A stretch of DNA of 20,000 nt, from NCBI GenBank assembly GCA_009602735.1, contig WELA01001807.1, forward strand, positions 51,929-71,928. The letters run 5' to 3'. Every line of letters begins with the position of its first letter. Position 1 is the first letter of the stretch. This document shows, in pieces, positions 19,222 through 20,000 of the stretch. The notes beneath the pieces were generated by a model that saw only the letters and a program-made list of their open reading frames with translations, was not told the origin of the DNA and searched no databases. The DNA is from Mesotaenium endlicherianum. Taxonomy: Eukaryota. The position numbers and the translations under genes were made by a program.

Positions 19222-20000
19222 CTATGCTGTTTCCTCCTGCACGGTCTGAAACTGAATGGAGGCAGCCTTCTCCTGGGCATCCCTCAAGCTGACTGGTACA
19301 TATACCGGCATCCCAGAAGGATGTTGCATAACATGAGCTAAGGGTACATGCCCTCTCTGCGAGGGAGATGCCGGCAGGCCTCTGGCTATTTCTCTAGCAG
19401 CCCTCCTGTCTGACCTGTCTGACTGGGTCTCCGTGCCTGGAGATGGACTCTGTCCTCTGGCAGTTCCCAGCCAAGTGATATCCTCCTCTTCAGCAAGTTG
19501 CTGCAGTGCCAACCCAGTCTTCTCCCTTACAGGGGATGTGGCTACTGTCAGGATCACGGCGGGGCTAGTGTCCTCCTCCTCGCCTTCCTCCTCGTCTTCC
19601 TCTGACTCCTCCTCCTCTCCGTCCCCGGGTTCCTCTGAGACTTCTGGGGTCTCTTCTGTCAGCTGCTCCAGTTCTTCCCGAGAAAAAGAATATCCCACTC
19701 ACCTTCCCCTTTTGGGTGCTGGTGGGGGCTGCTAAGTTCGGATCGCATAGAGGTCCTTTTCCCCCTGCTTGCTTGCCCATTTGGCATAAGCGTGCTTCTC
19801 TTTTGAGAATGACTCTCGGGCCCTGCTTCTGTCCCCCTGCATTTCTTGGCTCATGCAGTCTCTGACGCCATCCAATTTTGGGTCCCAAGCCGCAATGTGA
19901 GGGGGCAATACTATGTTCCCCTTTAGGTCTGTCAGGAAATCCTCATCCGTCGCCCTGTCATTCTGCTGGTCCCTCATGTTGATGGTCATCCACCGCCAAT
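19222..20000 (-). pseudogene. Unknown accessory ORF, copy 2 (C-terminal part, with acidic tract)
   Basis: ORFs 19732-19989 and 19222-19698 are in the same frame, separated by in-frame stops; homologous to copy 1 (TINMRDQ.ND...FL.DL.G.IVLPP.IAA...DGVRD.MSQ...SFSK.KHAYA.WASKQGEKDLYA...PPAPKRGR..YSFSR). Confidence 0.8.

Larger units (their letters stand above)
18262..20000 (-). mobile_element. Element 3: inverted LTR element (3' end), extending beyond the window
   Basis: Complete LTR with a PPT-like tract and hairpin on its internal side; no PBS after it; flanks differ (AAGAC/ATCAC), so it is not a solo LTR. Confidence 0.8.

Overview
Eukaryotic genomic DNA, probably a plant-lineage organism such as a streptophyte alga (inferred from GT-AG introns, tRNA-iMet PBSs and a fragment resembling a plant M8 peptidase). 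The left end holds an intact 4-exon, minus-strand alpha/beta-hydrolase gene (2663..158, 305 aa) that resembles bacterial phospholipase/carboxylesterases. From about 4.9 kb the window is a nested repeat cluster: (1) a diverged ~650-bp tandem repeat interrupted by an old solo LTR (6115-7810) that itself contains a second solo LTR (6318-6820); (2) a decayed Ty3/gypsy chromovirus (8186-13583) with gag, PR, RT, RH and chromodomain but no integrase core; (3) a degenerate ORF of unknown function (14448-15565) interrupted by a second chromovirus copy (15566-18261), whose PR-RT region is replaced by an intron+exon fragment of a leishmanolysin-like peptidase gene; (4) a third, inverted element (18262 to beyond 20000) whose 3' LTR and PPT lie next to a second copy of the same unknown ORF. 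The best candidate for a novel system is this chromovirus-associated accessory or cargo ORF, which has its own putative promoter and splice acceptor. All family calls come from motif recognition by eye; no database search was run.
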